NCBI RefSeq assembly: GCF_049075655.1
Contig: NZ_CP157522.1
Span: 1,598,949-1,662,948, forward strand
Source of the DNA: Methanothermococcus sp. Ax23
GTDB taxonomy: Archaea; AGJL01; Methanococci; Methanococcales; Methanococcaceae
Direction: 5' to 3'
DNA length: 64,000 bases
In this document: positions 1 to 10,955 of the stretch, piece after piece
Position numbering within the stretch: position 1 is the first letter of the stretch
Layout: every line of letters begins with the position of its first letter
Made by a program: the position numbers and the translations under genes
The notes under the pieces: model-generated
Databases searched by the model: none
What the model was told of the DNA's origin: nothing
What the model saw: the letters and a program-made list of their open reading frames with translations, nothing else

Positions 1-2
1 TT

Positions 3-197
3 GTAAAGGAATCCCTAAGAAACGCTGGAGCGGATGAATCCCTCGTAGATGATGTAATAAAAAGAATTGAAAATAGAATTCATGATGAGCTCACCACAGC
101 AGAATTAAAGATGATGATTATAATGGTATTAAGAAGAATAAATAGTCAGCTACCAACGGATAAATCCGTTGGCTTGCCCTTCCAACTCCCTCAATAA
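3..197 (+). pseudogene. 3' part of an ATP-cone domain protein (5' end outside window), interrupted at 144/145 by an IS200/IS605-type mini-element; now ends in an element-derived tail
   Basis: Frame from base 3 reads VKESLRNAGADESLVDDVIKRIENRIHDELTTAELKMMIIMVLRRINS, an ATP-cone pattern. Removing 145-425 restores the in-frame ending ...RRINSEVAQQYTTNHS* (426-463). Confidence 0.7.
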
Positions 198-425
198 TAA
201 GGGCGGAGGACATTAGGCTGGCTGACAGGTCAGCCCTGCATTATTTTAATAATAAACCCTTTCTAACCGTACCCACTCTATTGAGTTTCGTGCCTTAGGG
301 TATGATTAATACTATTACATCTATATTATATAAATTTTTTTGGCATTCCTCCCATCTCGTAAGAGATTTTACAAAACATTGTTTTGTATAACGATTGAAA
401 TCGTGGGCTTCCTGCCTAATAATTC
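145..425 (-). mobile_element. Non-autonomous IS200/IS605-family mini-element (PATE/MITE-like), 281 bp, no ORF
   Basis: On the minus strand the right end is CAAG-ccaacggatttatccgttgg-tagcTGAC and the left end has GAAG-cccacgatttcaatcg..tggg, next to target TCAC (426-429). No target duplication; removal restores the host ORF. Confidence 0.85.
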
Positions 426-471
426 GTGAAGTAGCTCAGCAATATACTACAAACCATTCATAAATCTTATT

Positions 472-1275
472 TTATTTTTTATGGGTCAATTTATAAATTA
501 AATTACTTAATTCCACTATTTTTTTAATATTTAATTTAAAAACCCTCTCGTTTAAATCAAATTCTGATAAGTTATTCAATATATCTTTCAGCTCATCACG
601 ATTTAAACCAATTTCATGAGATGAGTTGATAAGTGCTTTTTTAGCAGTTTTGTTTTTATGTTGGAATAGAGCTCTCACTACCTTCTCAAAAAATTCTTCA
701 TCTTCTAAATGGAAAAGTTCATTAGGCTCTTTTTTGGTAATTCTTACAATTGCAGAATCTACTTTTGGTTTTGGTGAAAATGCAGATGGTGGAACTTTAC
801 ATATAAATTCTACATTTGCGTTATATTGCACAGATACGCTTAATCTTCCATATTCTTTTGTTCCTTCCTTTGCCACCATTCTTTTAGCAAATTCATATTG
901 ATACATCAAAACTGCAACCTCAAAATCAGTTTTTAGAAATTTAAATGTAATCGGGGATGATATTTGGTAAGGTAGATTTGCTACTATTTTGTTAAAATTT
1001 AATTCATTTAGATTAACTTTTAAAGCATCATTCCAAATTACATCAACATTTGGATGCTCGGCAATTACCTCTTCTGCAAAAGGCTCCAATCGCTTATCTA
1101 ATTCGATAACATATACCTTTTTTGCATTTTTTGCCAATTCTTTTGTTAATATCCCTTTACCAAGACCGATTTCTAAGACTATATCGTTTTTATTTACATT
1201 GGCAGCATCTACTGCTTTTTTTACAATATTTTTATCTTTTAAAAAACACTGTCCTAATTTCTTATTTTGTTTCAT
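472..1275 (-). CDS. ksgA: 16S rRNA adenine dimethyltransferase KsgA/RsmA/Dim1
   Basis: [16 protein letters not shown] and VANLPYQIS motifs. True start taken as ATG 1275; the 19-aa extension in the ORF track comes from a repeat element. Confidence 0.93.
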   Translation of the reverse strand: MKQNKKLGQCFLKDKNIVKKAVDAANVNKNDIVLEIGLGKGILTKELAKNAKKVYVIELDKRLEPFAEEVIAEHPNVDVIWNDALKVNLNELNFNKIVANLPYQISSPITFKFLKTDFEVAVLMYQYEFAKRMVAKEGTKEYGRLSVSVQYNANVEFICKVPPSAFSPKPKVDSAIVRITKKEPNELFHLEDEEFFEKVVRALFQHKNKTAKKALINSSHEIGLNRDELKDILNNLSEFDLNERVFKLNIKKIVELSNLIYKLTHKK

Positions 1276-1283
1276 AATCCCAC

Positions 1284-1353
1284 ATCTAGGTTCCAAAACG
1301 AGCGATAGCGAGTTTTGGACTTTGGATAGCAACCTTTTTTAAAGGTTGCTTAT
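1284..1353 (+). repeat. Double-hairpin interspersed element, copy A, flanked by a 42-bp direct duplication (1242-1283 / 1354-1395)
   Basis: taggtTCCAAAAC-gagcgatagcga-GTTTTGGA ctttggat AGCAACCTTT-ttt-AAAGGTTGCT; flanks identical at 41 of 42 positions. Confidence 0.9.
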
Positions 1354-1473
1354 AAAAACACTGTCCTAATTTCTTATTTTGTTTCATAATCTCACTAAAA
1401 AAATAAAAATTATAATATTAAAAATTAAAATTAAAAATTATTTTAAAAAGATAAAAATACAAGAGAGAGACAT

Positions 1474-3450
1474 CTATCTTAATAATTCAATAATCTTTTC
1501 TTCAATCATTTCCTTAGGTTTATTTGTTATATTGGCAAGTCCATCTGCGAATATAACGGCATATTTCAAAACATATTTCTTTTTCTGCTCTTCTTCCTTT
1601 TCTTTTCTTATTCTTGATATATGTTTTTCAAGCCCTCTTGCACATATCATCAATGCCTGCCTTATTTCATTAAATATCTCTTCATTTTCCTCGCTACTGC
1701 ATGCCACTGCCTGCTTTCCAGCTGATGTATATGGAATATGAGTAGATATTAAATTTACAAACACCGTTAATGGAACATCTTCTTCGCTCCTAAGTCCATA
1801 TCTTCTCCAATTTACGCTTTTAACGGCATTTGTTATGCCACATCCCGATGTATCAAACAGTAATGGAACATGGTTTGCAAATCTCATTATCTCCATTTTT
1901 CTTGTATTATCCGATATTCTTCCTGCCTCTCCACCGTATGCCAGCCCTACCTCAACTGCGAATGGAATTCCTCCCTTATAGGTTTTTGGTCTCCTTGTAA
2001 GTGTCATTACAAATTCAGGATTAAGTGTTTTTAAAGATTCCTTTATATTTTCCTCGCCAATAGGTCTTAAACCAGCTGTGGATGGTGCCATGAAGTCCAT
2101 ATCTTGAATTACCCTAACAATCAACTCTGCATCATTCCAATCCATGTTTTTCGGATTCTTTTTTAGAAGATTCTTTATTTCATTTTTGAATCTTTCGAGC
2201 TCCTCATTTGATACCATTCCCATATCCACTAATGAATTTACAAATTCTTTTGGACTTTTGGTAATGTTTCTAAGTTTTCTCCTAAACTCATCCATTAACG
2301 AAGCATTTAAATAATTTTTCTCTGCAAATTCAATGAAATTTTCAGGTTTCTTTTTAAAGTGCTTTTTAATCTCTTTCAGCGTTTCTTCATCTAATTTGTC
2401 AAGTAAATAATCCATTATTAAATATTTTAAATAATACATTTTTAACTCGGATAAACTATCAGGAAGGGTATTTATTATGTCCTTAACCTCTGAAATTTCC
2501 TTTTTATCCACATATTTAGAGAATTTTTCAATATAATCGTTAATTTTTACATTTAAATAACAATCCACTACAATATCCCAAAATGTGCTGTCCCTGTAAT
2601 TTTCAAGTAGTTTATCCCTTAAAATATACTCTTGGAGCTCCTTTATTCTCTTGGATGTCATCCTTGATAACTCACTTGTGAGCATGCTTGAAATTTTTAT
2701 AGACTCAGTCCTTCTTGATATGTATAGGAGCTCATCTGGGGTCAAACCATAAGGATGGGGTTTCATTTCCTCAGGTCTTTCAGGAATATCTTCAACTGTC
2801 CTATCAAAAACTACGGTTTCCTCTGGGTCGATAAGGGTTATTTTAGCATGGGGTGTGGATAAGCTTATTCTTCTCAAATATTCAAAAGGTCCCTGCTCTC
2901 TTCTGTTGTATGTAACTTCTTTAAATTCTCCTTCAACTTTTGTCCCTCTCCAAAATCCTTCTCTTATTTCATGAGAAACAACATCTCCTTCGTTTTTTTC
3001 AATGCTCATCTTTATTTCCATTGTATGAATTTCCCCATCTCCTGTTGATGTGATGATTTTCAAAGGTTTTCCTGTTGTCACTTGTGCAAATAAAAGGACT
3101 CCCGCAGCACCAATACCCTGCTGACCTCTGGATTGAACAAGTCTGTGCATCTTTGAACCTGCAAGCATCTTACCAAAAACCTTTGGAACAAACTCAGGGG
3201 GAATTCCTGGACCGTTATCCTCAACAACAACTTTATAATGGTCTGCCCCAAGTTTTTTAATTTCTATGTTAATATCTGGTAAAATTTCCGCTTCTTCACA
3301 GGCATCCAATGAGTTTGTTACGAGCTCGTGAATTATGGTAGTCATACTTCTTAACTTACCACTGTATCCAAGCATGTGTCTGTTTTTTCTAAAAAACTCG
3401 GAAATTGAATGCTCTTTAAATTCATCAAATATGACATCGCTTTCAGCCAT
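1474..3450 (-). CDS. top6B: DNA topoisomerase VI subunit B
   Basis: GHKL motifs [23 protein letters not shown]; RFANHVPLL transducer domain; start MAESD preceded by ggtga RBS. Confidence 0.95.
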   Translation of the reverse strand: MAESDVIFDEFKEHSISEFFRKNRHMLGYSGKLRSMTTIIHELVTNSLDACEEAEILPDINIEIKKLGADHYKVVVEDNGPGIPPEFVPKVFGKMLAGSKMHRLVQSRGQQGIGAAGVLLFAQVTTGKPLKIITSTGDGEIHTMEIKMSIEKNEGDVVSHEIREGFWRGTKVEGEFKEVTYNRREQGPFEYLRRISLSTPHAKITLIDPEETVVFDRTVEDIPERPEEMKPHPYGLTPDELLYISRRTESIKISSMLTSELSRMTSKRIKELQEYILRDKLLENYRDSTFWDIVVDCYLNVKINDYIEKFSKYVDKKEISEVKDIINTLPDSLSELKMYYLKYLIMDYLLDKLDEETLKEIKKHFKKKPENFIEFAEKNYLNASLMDEFRRKLRNITKSPKEFVNSLVDMGMVSNEELERFKNEIKNLLKKNPKNMDWNDAELIVRVIQDMDFMAPSTAGLRPIGEENIKESLKTLNPEFVMTLTRRPKTYKGGIPFAVEVGLAYGGEAGRISDNTRKMEIMRFANHVPLLFDTSGCGITNAVKSVNWRRYGLRSEEDVPLTVFVNLISTHIPYTSAGKQAVACSSEENEEIFNEIRQALMICARGLEKHISRIRKEKEEEQKKKYVLKYAVIFADGLANITNKPKEMIEEKIIELLR

Positions 3451-4053
3451 TTTTTTCACCGATAATAATATGATTAAAATAATAAAAACGTATAATAATA
3501 AGAAATTTTTCAATATATATTAATATTCAACATATATTTATTCAACCTATATTTAAATGATACTATAAAAATAGCAATTCTAAATATTCAAAATACATCC
3601 AATATTCATGTTATATAGATGGAATTAGCTTTTATAATTATATTATAATATCGTCAAATAATAAGTTGTCTAAATATTTATATAGATATTACTATTTTTC
3701 CCAATACTATTTTCTCAACGATTATTATTGGAAAAATGTGTATATAATATCATTACCAAAAATGTTTATTTATTTTAAAATATATTAAAATTACTAATAC
3801 TAATATTAAAAATTTGATTATAATATATTAATGTAGATAATATCATTATTAAATTTATAATTGGGTTTATATACTATAACAGTAAATGTATTTGCGAATA
3901 TTTATGAAAATTATTGAATGAATAATAATATTGTATATTTGGATATATTATTTTGATTTATTTAGACATTGCATTGGCAACTATTGTATGTTTATGTTAA
4001 AATTCGGTAATAGGTATTATAACTAATCCATACATAACAAGAGGCGATGATAT

Positions 4054-5340
4054 ATGGGGATGGAAGTAAATTCAATAATTGATGCGCTAAACACCCTAAC
4101 TACTGCGGGGGATGTATTCTTCCTGTGTGTTATGGGGGCAATGGTATTTATTATGCAATTGGGTTTTGCAATGTTGGAATGCGGTCAAGTTAGAAAGAAA
4201 AATGTCGTTAATGTTGTAATGAAAAACATGATTGATTGGTGCGTTGGTTGTATTTCATGGCTATTTATTGGTGCTGTTTTATGCACTTCACTAAATCCAG
4301 GAGATTTCATAGATTGGTGGAGTGAGATATTCACAGCCACTCCATTTTTAGAAAATAACGGAATTGAGTTGGCAAATTGGTTTTATGGATTAGTTTTTGC
4401 TGCAACAGCAGCAACCATTGTCTCAGGAGGGGTTGCTGAAAGGATAAAATTTAAAGCATATATTCTAATTTCGATAATAATTACAGTGTTTCTATATCCA
4501 TTCTTTGTTTATTTGGGTCCTTGGGGTGCAGGAGTTATAAATTGGCATGACTACGCAGGAAGTTTAATTGTTCATGGTTTAGGTGGATTCTTAGCATTGG
4601 GGGCAATTTTAGCATTGGGGCCAAGAATTGGGAAATTTAAAGATGGAAAACCAGTTCCAATTCTAGGACATAATATCCCAACAGCAGTTTTTGGAGCGTT
4701 TATATTGGCATTTGGGTGGTATGGATTCAACGTAGGTAGTGCATTGGCATTAAAAGACATTTCAGGGTTAGTATGTGCAACAACAACATTAGCAATGGCC
4801 AGCGGAGGAATTGGAGCATTGATTACATCCAAAAAAGACCCACTATTTATGGCAAATGGTATGGTTGCGGGTTTAGTTGCAATTTGTTCGGGAACTGATA
4901 TAGTAAGCCCAATTGGCGGGTTGATTATTGGATTGGTAGCAGGAGCTCAGGTTCCAATTGTATTTAAGTTTCTTGAAAATAAGAGATTGGATGATGTTTG
5001 TGGCGTTGTTCCCGTGCATGGAGTTGCAGGTGTCATTGGAGCAATTTTAGCGGGAATCTTTGGAATGCCAATATTTGGAGGACTTGGAGTAAATCCAAGT
5101 GATATTGTGAGTATTGTTGGAAGTCCAAACATTGATTTCTTACTATGGCAAATTTTCGCATCCATATTTTGTATAATTTACGGAACAGTTCTTGGTTATG
5201 TGATTACAGTTGCAATTGGTTTAAAATGTGGTGGTCTAAGAGTTGGCAGAGATGCGGAGCTCATGGGGCTTGATTTAGTGGAACATAAAATATCTACATA
5301 TCCTGATGAAGATGAACATTTTGTGATAAAGGATAAATAA
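4054..5340 (+). CDS. amt: Ammonium transporter (Amt family)
   Basis: [56 protein letters not shown] and C-terminal ELMGLD motifs. Confidence 0.95.
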   Translation: MGMEVNSIIDALNTLTTAGDVFFLCVMGAMVFIMQLGFAMLECGQVRKKNVVNVVMKNMIDWCVGCISWLFIGAVLCTSLNPGDFIDWWSEIFTATPFLENNGIELANWFYGLVFAATAATIVSGGVAERIKFKAYILISIIITVFLYPFFVYLGPWGAGVINWHDYAGSLIVHGLGGFLALGAILALGPRIGKFKDGKPVPILGHNIPTAVFGAFILAFGWYGFNVGSALALKDISGLVCATTTLAMASGGIGALITSKKDPLFMANGMVAGLVAICSGTDIVSPIGGLIIGLVAGAQVPIVFKFLENKRLDDVCGVVPVHGVAGVIGAILAGIFGMPIFGGLGVNPSDIVSIVGSPNIDFLLWQIFASIFCIIYGTVLGYVITVAIGLKCGGLRVGRDAELMGLDLVEHKISTYPDEDEHFVIKDK

Positions 5341-5350
5341 GGTGATTCTT

Positions 5351-6796
5351 GTGGAATATCTAAAAAAATATGGAATTGGCACAAAATCAATAATTGTGGT
5401 ATTGTTATTTGCATCGGTTCTTTTAATCATTTGGATTATGGGAGCAAGTGCTGGAAACATAGGGAGTCAAGTTATAGGCGTTGTTGTTGGATTACTAATT
5501 GGTTTAAGCGTTTCTGTAATGATTACGCGAAAATATATGATATTAATAAACGATTTGGTAAATGCCGTTGAAGAAGTATCAGCTGGGAATCTTAATGTTA
5601 GAGTGGAAGGCAGATATGATGGGGAACTCGGGGTCTTAGTTGATGGATTTAACAAAATGGTAGCGAATCTTAAAGAACAAAAAAATGAAATAAGCCATGG
5701 ACAAAAAATGACATGGGTTCTCATAAAGGATTTGAAGAGAGTGATGAGTAAAGTTGCAAATGGAGATTTAACTGTAAGAATGAATGAAAGTATGGTGCAG
5801 GATGGAGTTAAATTAAAAAGTGTAGATATTCAAAAACTTATCAACAGAACTTTGGACAATGTTTCACACATGATAAAAGAACTAAAAGAGGAAGTTATTA
5901 ATTTAAACGAAGATATTAGTATAATTAAAGAGGAATTAAACCGAGCTAAGGAAGCATCCAGCCAAGTTGCAGACGCTACACAACAAGTAGTAGTAGCAGC
6001 AAACGACCAATCTGCCAAACTTCACGATATTTCACAGGAACTTGAAGGAGTATCCTGCATTACTGAGGAGGTATTTAATGCGGCAATAGATGGTGTTGAG
6101 GCTACAAAGATTGTGGAAGAGAATTCAAAAGTTGGAGTTAAAAAAGTAGAAAATGCAATTGAAACTATGAGGAGAATTTCAAAAGTGATTGATGAGTTAG
6201 GTAATGCAATTCAGGACCTTGGGGTAGAAAGTAAAAAAATCAATGAAATTACAGCTCTTATCAAGGGTGTTGCAGAACAGACTGGACTCTTAGCATTAAA
6301 CGCATCCATAGAAGCGGCAAGAGCCGGTGAAACGGGAAAAGGATTTGCAGTTGTTGCAAGTGAGATAAAAGACCTTGCAGAAGAAATAGGAAGGTCAATT
6401 GAAGATATAGATGAAACCATAGTGGAAATCCTAAATAAAATTGATAAGACCACGAACTTGGGATTAATGGAAAAGGATGAAGTTGATAAAGGAGTTGTAG
6501 CAATAGATGAAGTTAATAACGCATTCTTAAAAATTAGAGATAGTGTGGATACCGCCATGCGAAAAATAAACAATATAAAAGGAAATGCCCAGAAAGCAAG
6601 TGATAGCATCCAAAAGGCACTAAATGATGTTCAGGATGTTGTTTCAATATCAAAAGAGTTTGCTACAACTGCTGAGGAATTAACAGCAAATGTTAAAGAA
6701 CAAGACGAAGTTATTGAAGAAATCAGTGGAGCCACAGAGAAAATGGTTAAAATATCAAATAAACTTGCAGAATCTGCAAGTGAATTCAAAGTATAA
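5351..6796 (+). CDS. Methyl-accepting chemotaxis transducer (2 TM with short loop, 2 HAMP domains, signalling domain)
   Basis: [29 protein letters not shown] hairpin tip; two HAMP motifs ([17 protein letters not shown]); GTG 5351 follows aggtga RBS. Confidence 0.92.
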   Translation: MEYLKKYGIGTKSIIVVLLFASVLLIIWIMGASAGNIGSQVIGVVVGLLIGLSVSVMITRKYMILINDLVNAVEEVSAGNLNVRVEGRYDGELGVLVDGFNKMVANLKEQKNEISHGQKMTWVLIKDLKRVMSKVANGDLTVRMNESMVQDGVKLKSVDIQKLINRTLDNVSHMIKELKEEVINLNEDISIIKEELNRAKEASSQVADATQQVVVAANDQSAKLHDISQELEGVSCITEEVFNAAIDGVEATKIVEENSKVGVKKVENAIETMRRISKVIDELGNAIQDLGVESKKINEITALIKGVAEQTGLLALNASIEAARAGETGKGFAVVASEIKDLAEEIGRSIEDIDETIVEILNKIDKTTNLGLMEKDEVDKGVVAIDEVNNAFLKIRDSVDTAMRKINNIKGNAQKASDSIQKALNDVQDVVSISKEFATTAEELTANVKEQDEVIEEISGATEKMVKISNKLAESASEFKV

Positions 6797-6813
6797 TATA
6801 TAATTATTGTTTT

Positions 6814-7132
6814 CTGACCTACTCCCACGACTGAAGTCGTGGGGTTCTTTTAGTAGGGTTTAACCCTACACGGGTGGCCAAGCCCACTACCCCTACCCTT
6901 TAAAGGGTTCAGGGCTACCTTATGCACTTCCAACCACTACCAGCGGTAGAGTTTTTACTAACCCTACCCATAGATACTTGGACTGGTAGCATTATTCACT
7001 ATGAAACTTCAAATATTTATGTTTTACTACTGACTAATTATAATGTCCGCCTCTCATCCAATTTCGTAAGAGATTTTACAAAACATAGTTTTGTATAACG
7101 ACTGAAGTCGTTGGCTTTCCCGGCGGTTTATC
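6814..7132 (-). mobile_element. Non-autonomous IS200/IS605-family mini-element, 319 bp, no ORF
   Basis: On the minus strand the right end is GAAC-cccacgacttcagtcgtggg-agtaggTCAG and the left end has AAAG-ccaacgacttcagtcg..ttgg, next to target TTAC (7133-7136). Confidence 0.85.
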
Positions 7133-7313
7133 GTAAAATTAATATTTATTCATACTTTTTTAATACTTCAAACTTTGGCGCTGTCTGCATATATAATATA
7201 TATGATGTGGAGCTCCTAAAAAATTTTAACTTAAATTTTATCCATATAAAAAAAGAAATGTAATGTGAAACATGATATAATAAAAAAGGCAAAACAAAAA
7301 AGGAAAAATTATA

Positions 7314-7898
7314 TTATTTTCCTAATTTTTTATGAGCTCTTATACTTGGTCTTACTTTTTCAGCACCTTTACCTTTGTTTCTTAATCCTCTTCCTTTCTT
7401 ACCTGCTGATGTTAAGCCTCTAAATGCTCTACCTTTGTGTGTTCCTGAGCATAACCAGTTGTATTTAGGGTCGTTTTTAATTGATGGATGGTTAGGGTCA
7501 ACCAATATAACTTCATACCATTTTCTTTTTCCGTCTTCCCCTACCCAGTAGGAGTTTAAAACTTCCATGTTTGGGTATCTTTTTGAAGCTCTTTCTTCAG
7601 CTATTCTCTGAATTGATTTAGCCATTGTAATTTTTTTGATACCCATTGTAGCAGGTTTCTTGGAGTGTTTTGGTCTAGGTTTTCTTAAACCTCCTCTTCT
7701 TACTTTAACTCTAACTACGATGATTCCTTGTTTTGCCTTGTATCCTAAGTTTCTTGCTCTGTCTATTCTTGTTGGTTTTTCAATTCTTACAACAGCAGGT
7801 TCATTTCTCCATTCCTGCATTCTTGACCATAATAATTCTTTTACATATGTTTCCTTTGGAGTTTTCCAAGCATCTCTAACGTATTTATACATACTCAT
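7314..7898 (-). CDS. rpl15e: 50S ribosomal protein L15e
   Basis: [17 protein letters not shown] and [10 protein letters not shown] motifs. Confidence 0.97.
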   Translation of the reverse strand: MSMYKYVRDAWKTPKETYVKELLWSRMQEWRNEPAVVRIEKPTRIDRARNLGYKAKQGIIVVRVKVRRGGLRKPRPKHSKKPATMGIKKITMAKSIQRIAEERASKRYPNMEVLNSYWVGEDGKRKWYEVILVDPNHPSIKNDPKYNWLCSGTHKGRAFRGLTSAGKKGRGLRNKGKGAEKVRPSIRAHKKLGK

Positions 7899-7949
7899 AT
7901 TATCTCCTTCTTTCGCTTTTATTCTTAGCTTTTTAGTTTTTTATATTTA

Positions 7950-8035
7950 CACGAGTCGCTGACTATCGCTGTTTATGGGTTCGGCTTTTTAGCCACATGC
8001 CCTACGGGTTTAATAGCACCCGTTACTGACTATCA
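7950..8035 (-). promoter_or_regulatory. Structured 5' leader of rpl15e (candidate ribosomal-protein leader)
   Basis: GC-rich island with stems (acgggt..acccgt, tggct..agccg) between a TATA-like run near 8088-8097 and the rpl15e start; eL15 leaders are described in Euryarchaeota. Confidence 0.5.
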
Positions 8036-8179
8036 ATATTTGCCTTTTATGGTGTGTGATAAGTAGTATATTAATCTAACGGTAGGTATATATATAAGTC
8101 ATGGAATATATAACTAATAATTAAATTTATAGCATTAATAATATTAATAGTATCAATAGCATTATTTTGGTGAGAATAT

Positions 8180-8602
8180 ATGGATAATGAAAATTATTAT
8201 GATTATGACACACTTTTAAAGAGAGCAGTTAGTCAGCTTCCAGAAGAAGTATTTAAAGATGTGAGATTCGAAGTTCCACATGCAGAAAGTTTTGTTGAAG
8301 GAAACAGGACAATGGTTAAAAACTTTAGAGATATTGCAAAAGTAATAAACAGAGATGTGCAATTCTTTGCAAAGTATGTAATGAAAGAATTGGGGACAGC
8401 AGGAGATGTTGAAGGTCAGAGATTAATACTCCAAGGTAAATTCGGAAACTATATGATAAACTCAAAGATTAAAAACTTTGTGGAAGAATATGTTTTATGC
8501 CCAGAATGTGGAAAACCAGATACTAAAATCGTTAAAGAAGGTAGAATTCACTTCCTTAAATGCATGGCATGTGGTGCTATGAAACCTATTAAATTGATTT
8601 AA
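8180..8602 (+). CDS. eif2b: Translation initiation factor aIF-2 subunit beta
   Basis: ELGTAG motif and C-terminal zinc ribbon CPECGKPDT..CMACG. Confidence 0.95.
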   Translation: MDNENYYDYDTLLKRAVSQLPEEVFKDVRFEVPHAESFVEGNRTMVKNFRDIAKVINRDVQFFAKYVMKELGTAGDVEGQRLILQGKFGNYMINSKIKNFVEEYVLCPECGKPDTKIVKEGRIHFLKCMACGAMKPIKLI

Positions 8603-8791
8603 ATAACATAATAATAACATATATGCCTGTTTTTTTAATTTTAAATCTATTTTAATTTATTTTTGATTTTATCTTTGTTTATTTTATTATAATTATTAGG
8701 TAATTTACATCATATATTATTATATCGCCTAAAAGAAAAGAAAAAGAGAGAAGAAAGAGAAGAAGAGAATAAAATAAAAGAGAGTGGAAAT

Positions 8792-9883
8792 ATGAAAGGA
8801 TTTTGTTATAGATGCGGTCATGAAGGTGAATTACTGGATGGATTGTGTAAAATGTGCTATGCTCAGCTCCATCCATTATTCAATATTCCAGATGAAATAA
8901 AGGTTGAAGTATGCCACATGTGCGGCTCCTACAAAAGAAGAACTTGGCAAGACCCCAAAGGCAGGGGTTTGTATGAAATACTTGACGAAATAGCATATTA
9001 TGCTACAAAGGATAACTTAAAAACTGCTCACAAAAATATAGGTATTGAAATAATACCTCAGGAGCCAAGGCAGCTCCCAGGAGGTAAAAAATCTAGGGTG
9101 GAAATCCCTGTGAAAATAATAGGCACTGGAAAACTCTCAGGAGAAGATGAAGAAAGAACAGAGGAAAAAGACATAGTGGTATATTTAATAATGGTTCAGT
9201 GTCCAAGATGTTCAAGATATATGTCTAATTACTATGAAGCCATATTGCAGGTTAGAGCTATGAATAGGTTTTTGACAGAGGAGGAAAGAAAAGAGCTCGA
9301 CGACTTTGTAAGAAATGAAACTGACAAACGATTAAGAAAAGATAGAATGGCATTTATATCTAAATTTATACCTCAGAAAGAAGGGCTGGACTATCAGATA
9401 GGTTCCATGGGCGGTGCAAGAAATGTAGCTTCCGCAATAAAATCTAAATATGGTGGAAAAATAAATGAAACTGCAAAATTGGTTGGTGTTGAAAAAGATA
9501 CTGGAAAGAATCAATACAGAATAACCATTGTTGTTAGAATTCCAGAATATAAAGTAGGAGATATTGTAGAATACAACAATAAACCACATAAAGTAGTTTC
9601 AATGAATGAAAATAAGTTATATTTAGAAAAACTATCAGATAAGCGAGAAAAAATATCGTTGCAGTGGAGTGATGCTGAGAAAAATACAAAATTATTAAAA
9701 AAAGGCGATGAATGCCCTACTGCCACAGTAATTTCTGTATCACCAAATACAATAATTGCAATGGATAACGAAAACTATGAAGTATATGAATACGACAATA
9801 TATTTAAAGATATAAAAGAAGGAAATATATTAAAGATATTTAAGAATGAAAATATAAACTATATTGTGGAAACTATAAAATAA
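8792..9883 (+). CDS. nmd3: NMD3-family ribosome biogenesis protein
   Basis: Four CxxC pairs and [15 protein letters not shown] motif. Confidence 0.9.
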   Translation: MKGFCYRCGHEGELLDGLCKMCYAQLHPLFNIPDEIKVEVCHMCGSYKRRTWQDPKGRGLYEILDEIAYYATKDNLKTAHKNIGIEIIPQEPRQLPGGKKSRVEIPVKIIGTGKLSGEDEERTEEKDIVVYLIMVQCPRCSRYMSNYYEAILQVRAMNRFLTEEERKELDDFVRNETDKRLRKDRMAFISKFIPQKEGLDYQIGSMGGARNVASAIKSKYGGKINETAKLVGVEKDTGKNQYRITIVVRIPEYKVGDIVEYNNKPHKVVSMNENKLYLEKLSDKREKISLQWSDAEKNTKLLKKGDECPTATVISVSPNTIIAMDNENYEVYEYDNIFKDIKEGNILKIFKNENINYIVETIK

Positions 9884-9957
9884 TCCTTGCATAATTTTAT
9901 CAATATATTTATAATATAACTTGATTATTACCACATAATCAATAATACGGTGAAAAT

Positions 9958-10782
9958 ATGGCAACTAAAAATATTGAAATAGAAGAGTTAAAACAAATAG
10001 CTAAGAAAGTAAGATACAATGTTGTAAAGATGATAGGATTGGCTGAATCGGGACATCCTGGCGGTTCATTATCTGCAACAGATATTATTGTGGCGTTGTA
10101 TTATAAATTAATGAATCACGACCCAAAAAATCCAAATAAAGAAGATAGAGATAGATTTGTTTTAAGTAAAGGGCATTGCTGTCCTGCATTATATGCAGTT
10201 CTTGCAGAGCTCGGATACTTTGATGAGGATGAGCTCTGGAAATTAAGAAAAACCGGAGCTCTATTACAGGGACATCCATCAATAAAAACCCCTGGGATAG
10301 AAGCAAATACTGGTTCATTAGGTCATGGTTTTTCAGTAGCTGTTGGAATGGCATTAGGTTGCAGATTGGATAAATTGGATAATCATGTTTATGTTCTTTT
10401 AGGAGATGGAGAATGTCAGGAAGGTCAGGTTTGGGAAGCTGCAATGGCGGCATCCCACTATAAATTGGATAATTTAATAGGATTTGTAGATAGAAACAGA
10501 CTTCAAATAGACGGTTGCACAGAAGATGTTATGTGTTTAGGAGATTTAAAGGAAAAATTCAAAGCATTTGGTTGGGATGTATTTGAAATAGATGGACATA
10601 ATTTTGAACAAATCATAGAGACTGTTGAAAAAGCAAAATCCATGAAAAACGGTAAGCCTAAAATGATTATAGCAAATACTGTTAAAGGTAAAGGAGTATC
10701 ATTTATGGAAAATAACGTTGGATTCCATGGCAAAGCTCCAAATAAAGAGGAGTTAGAGCAGGCATTGAAAGAACTTTCATAA
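9958..10782 (+). CDS. Transketolase, N-terminal (TPP-binding) subunit
   Basis: [25 protein letters not shown] and GDGECQEG motifs. Confidence 0.95.
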   Translation: MATKNIEIEELKQIAKKVRYNVVKMIGLAESGHPGGSLSATDIIVALYYKLMNHDPKNPNKEDRDRFVLSKGHCCPALYAVLAELGYFDEDELWKLRKTGALLQGHPSIKTPGIEANTGSLGHGFSVAVGMALGCRLDKLDNHVYVLLGDGECQEGQVWEAAMAASHYKLDNLIGFVDRNRLQIDGCTEDVMCLGDLKEKFKAFGWDVFEIDGHNFEQIIETVEKAKSMKNGKPKMIIANTVKGKGVSFMENNVGFHGKAPNKEELEQALKELS

Positions 10783-10955
10783 TTTATATTTATAAAGAGT
10801 TATCAATCCACTTAGTATATCCATTCTACCAACTGATGCACTATGTAAGTAATAAAGGGATTTATATGAGGTGAGCTCCGAAGGTTCTCCATATTATGAC
10901 TTCCTTTGTTATGACTGTTATTATACAAGTGATAAAGTTAGTAGATTGGCTATAA

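Noticed and set aside
145-425. Self-splicing intron (IStron) or archaeal bulge-helix-bulge intron in the ATP-cone gene
   Set aside because: No recognisable group I core or BHB motif; the ends fit IS200/IS605 rules instead.
3514-4053. Long AT-rich intergenic region as replication origin or NrpR-controlled promoter
   Set aside because: No ORB repeats, no cdc6 gene and no GGAA-N6-TTCC; consistent with divergent promoters.
8600-8775. Short tandem and purine-rich repeats (also 18649-18672, 42484-42504, 45136-45160) and Asn-rich tracts in the Wzy-like and cobQ genes
   Set aside because: Ordinary slippage products in AT-rich DNA.
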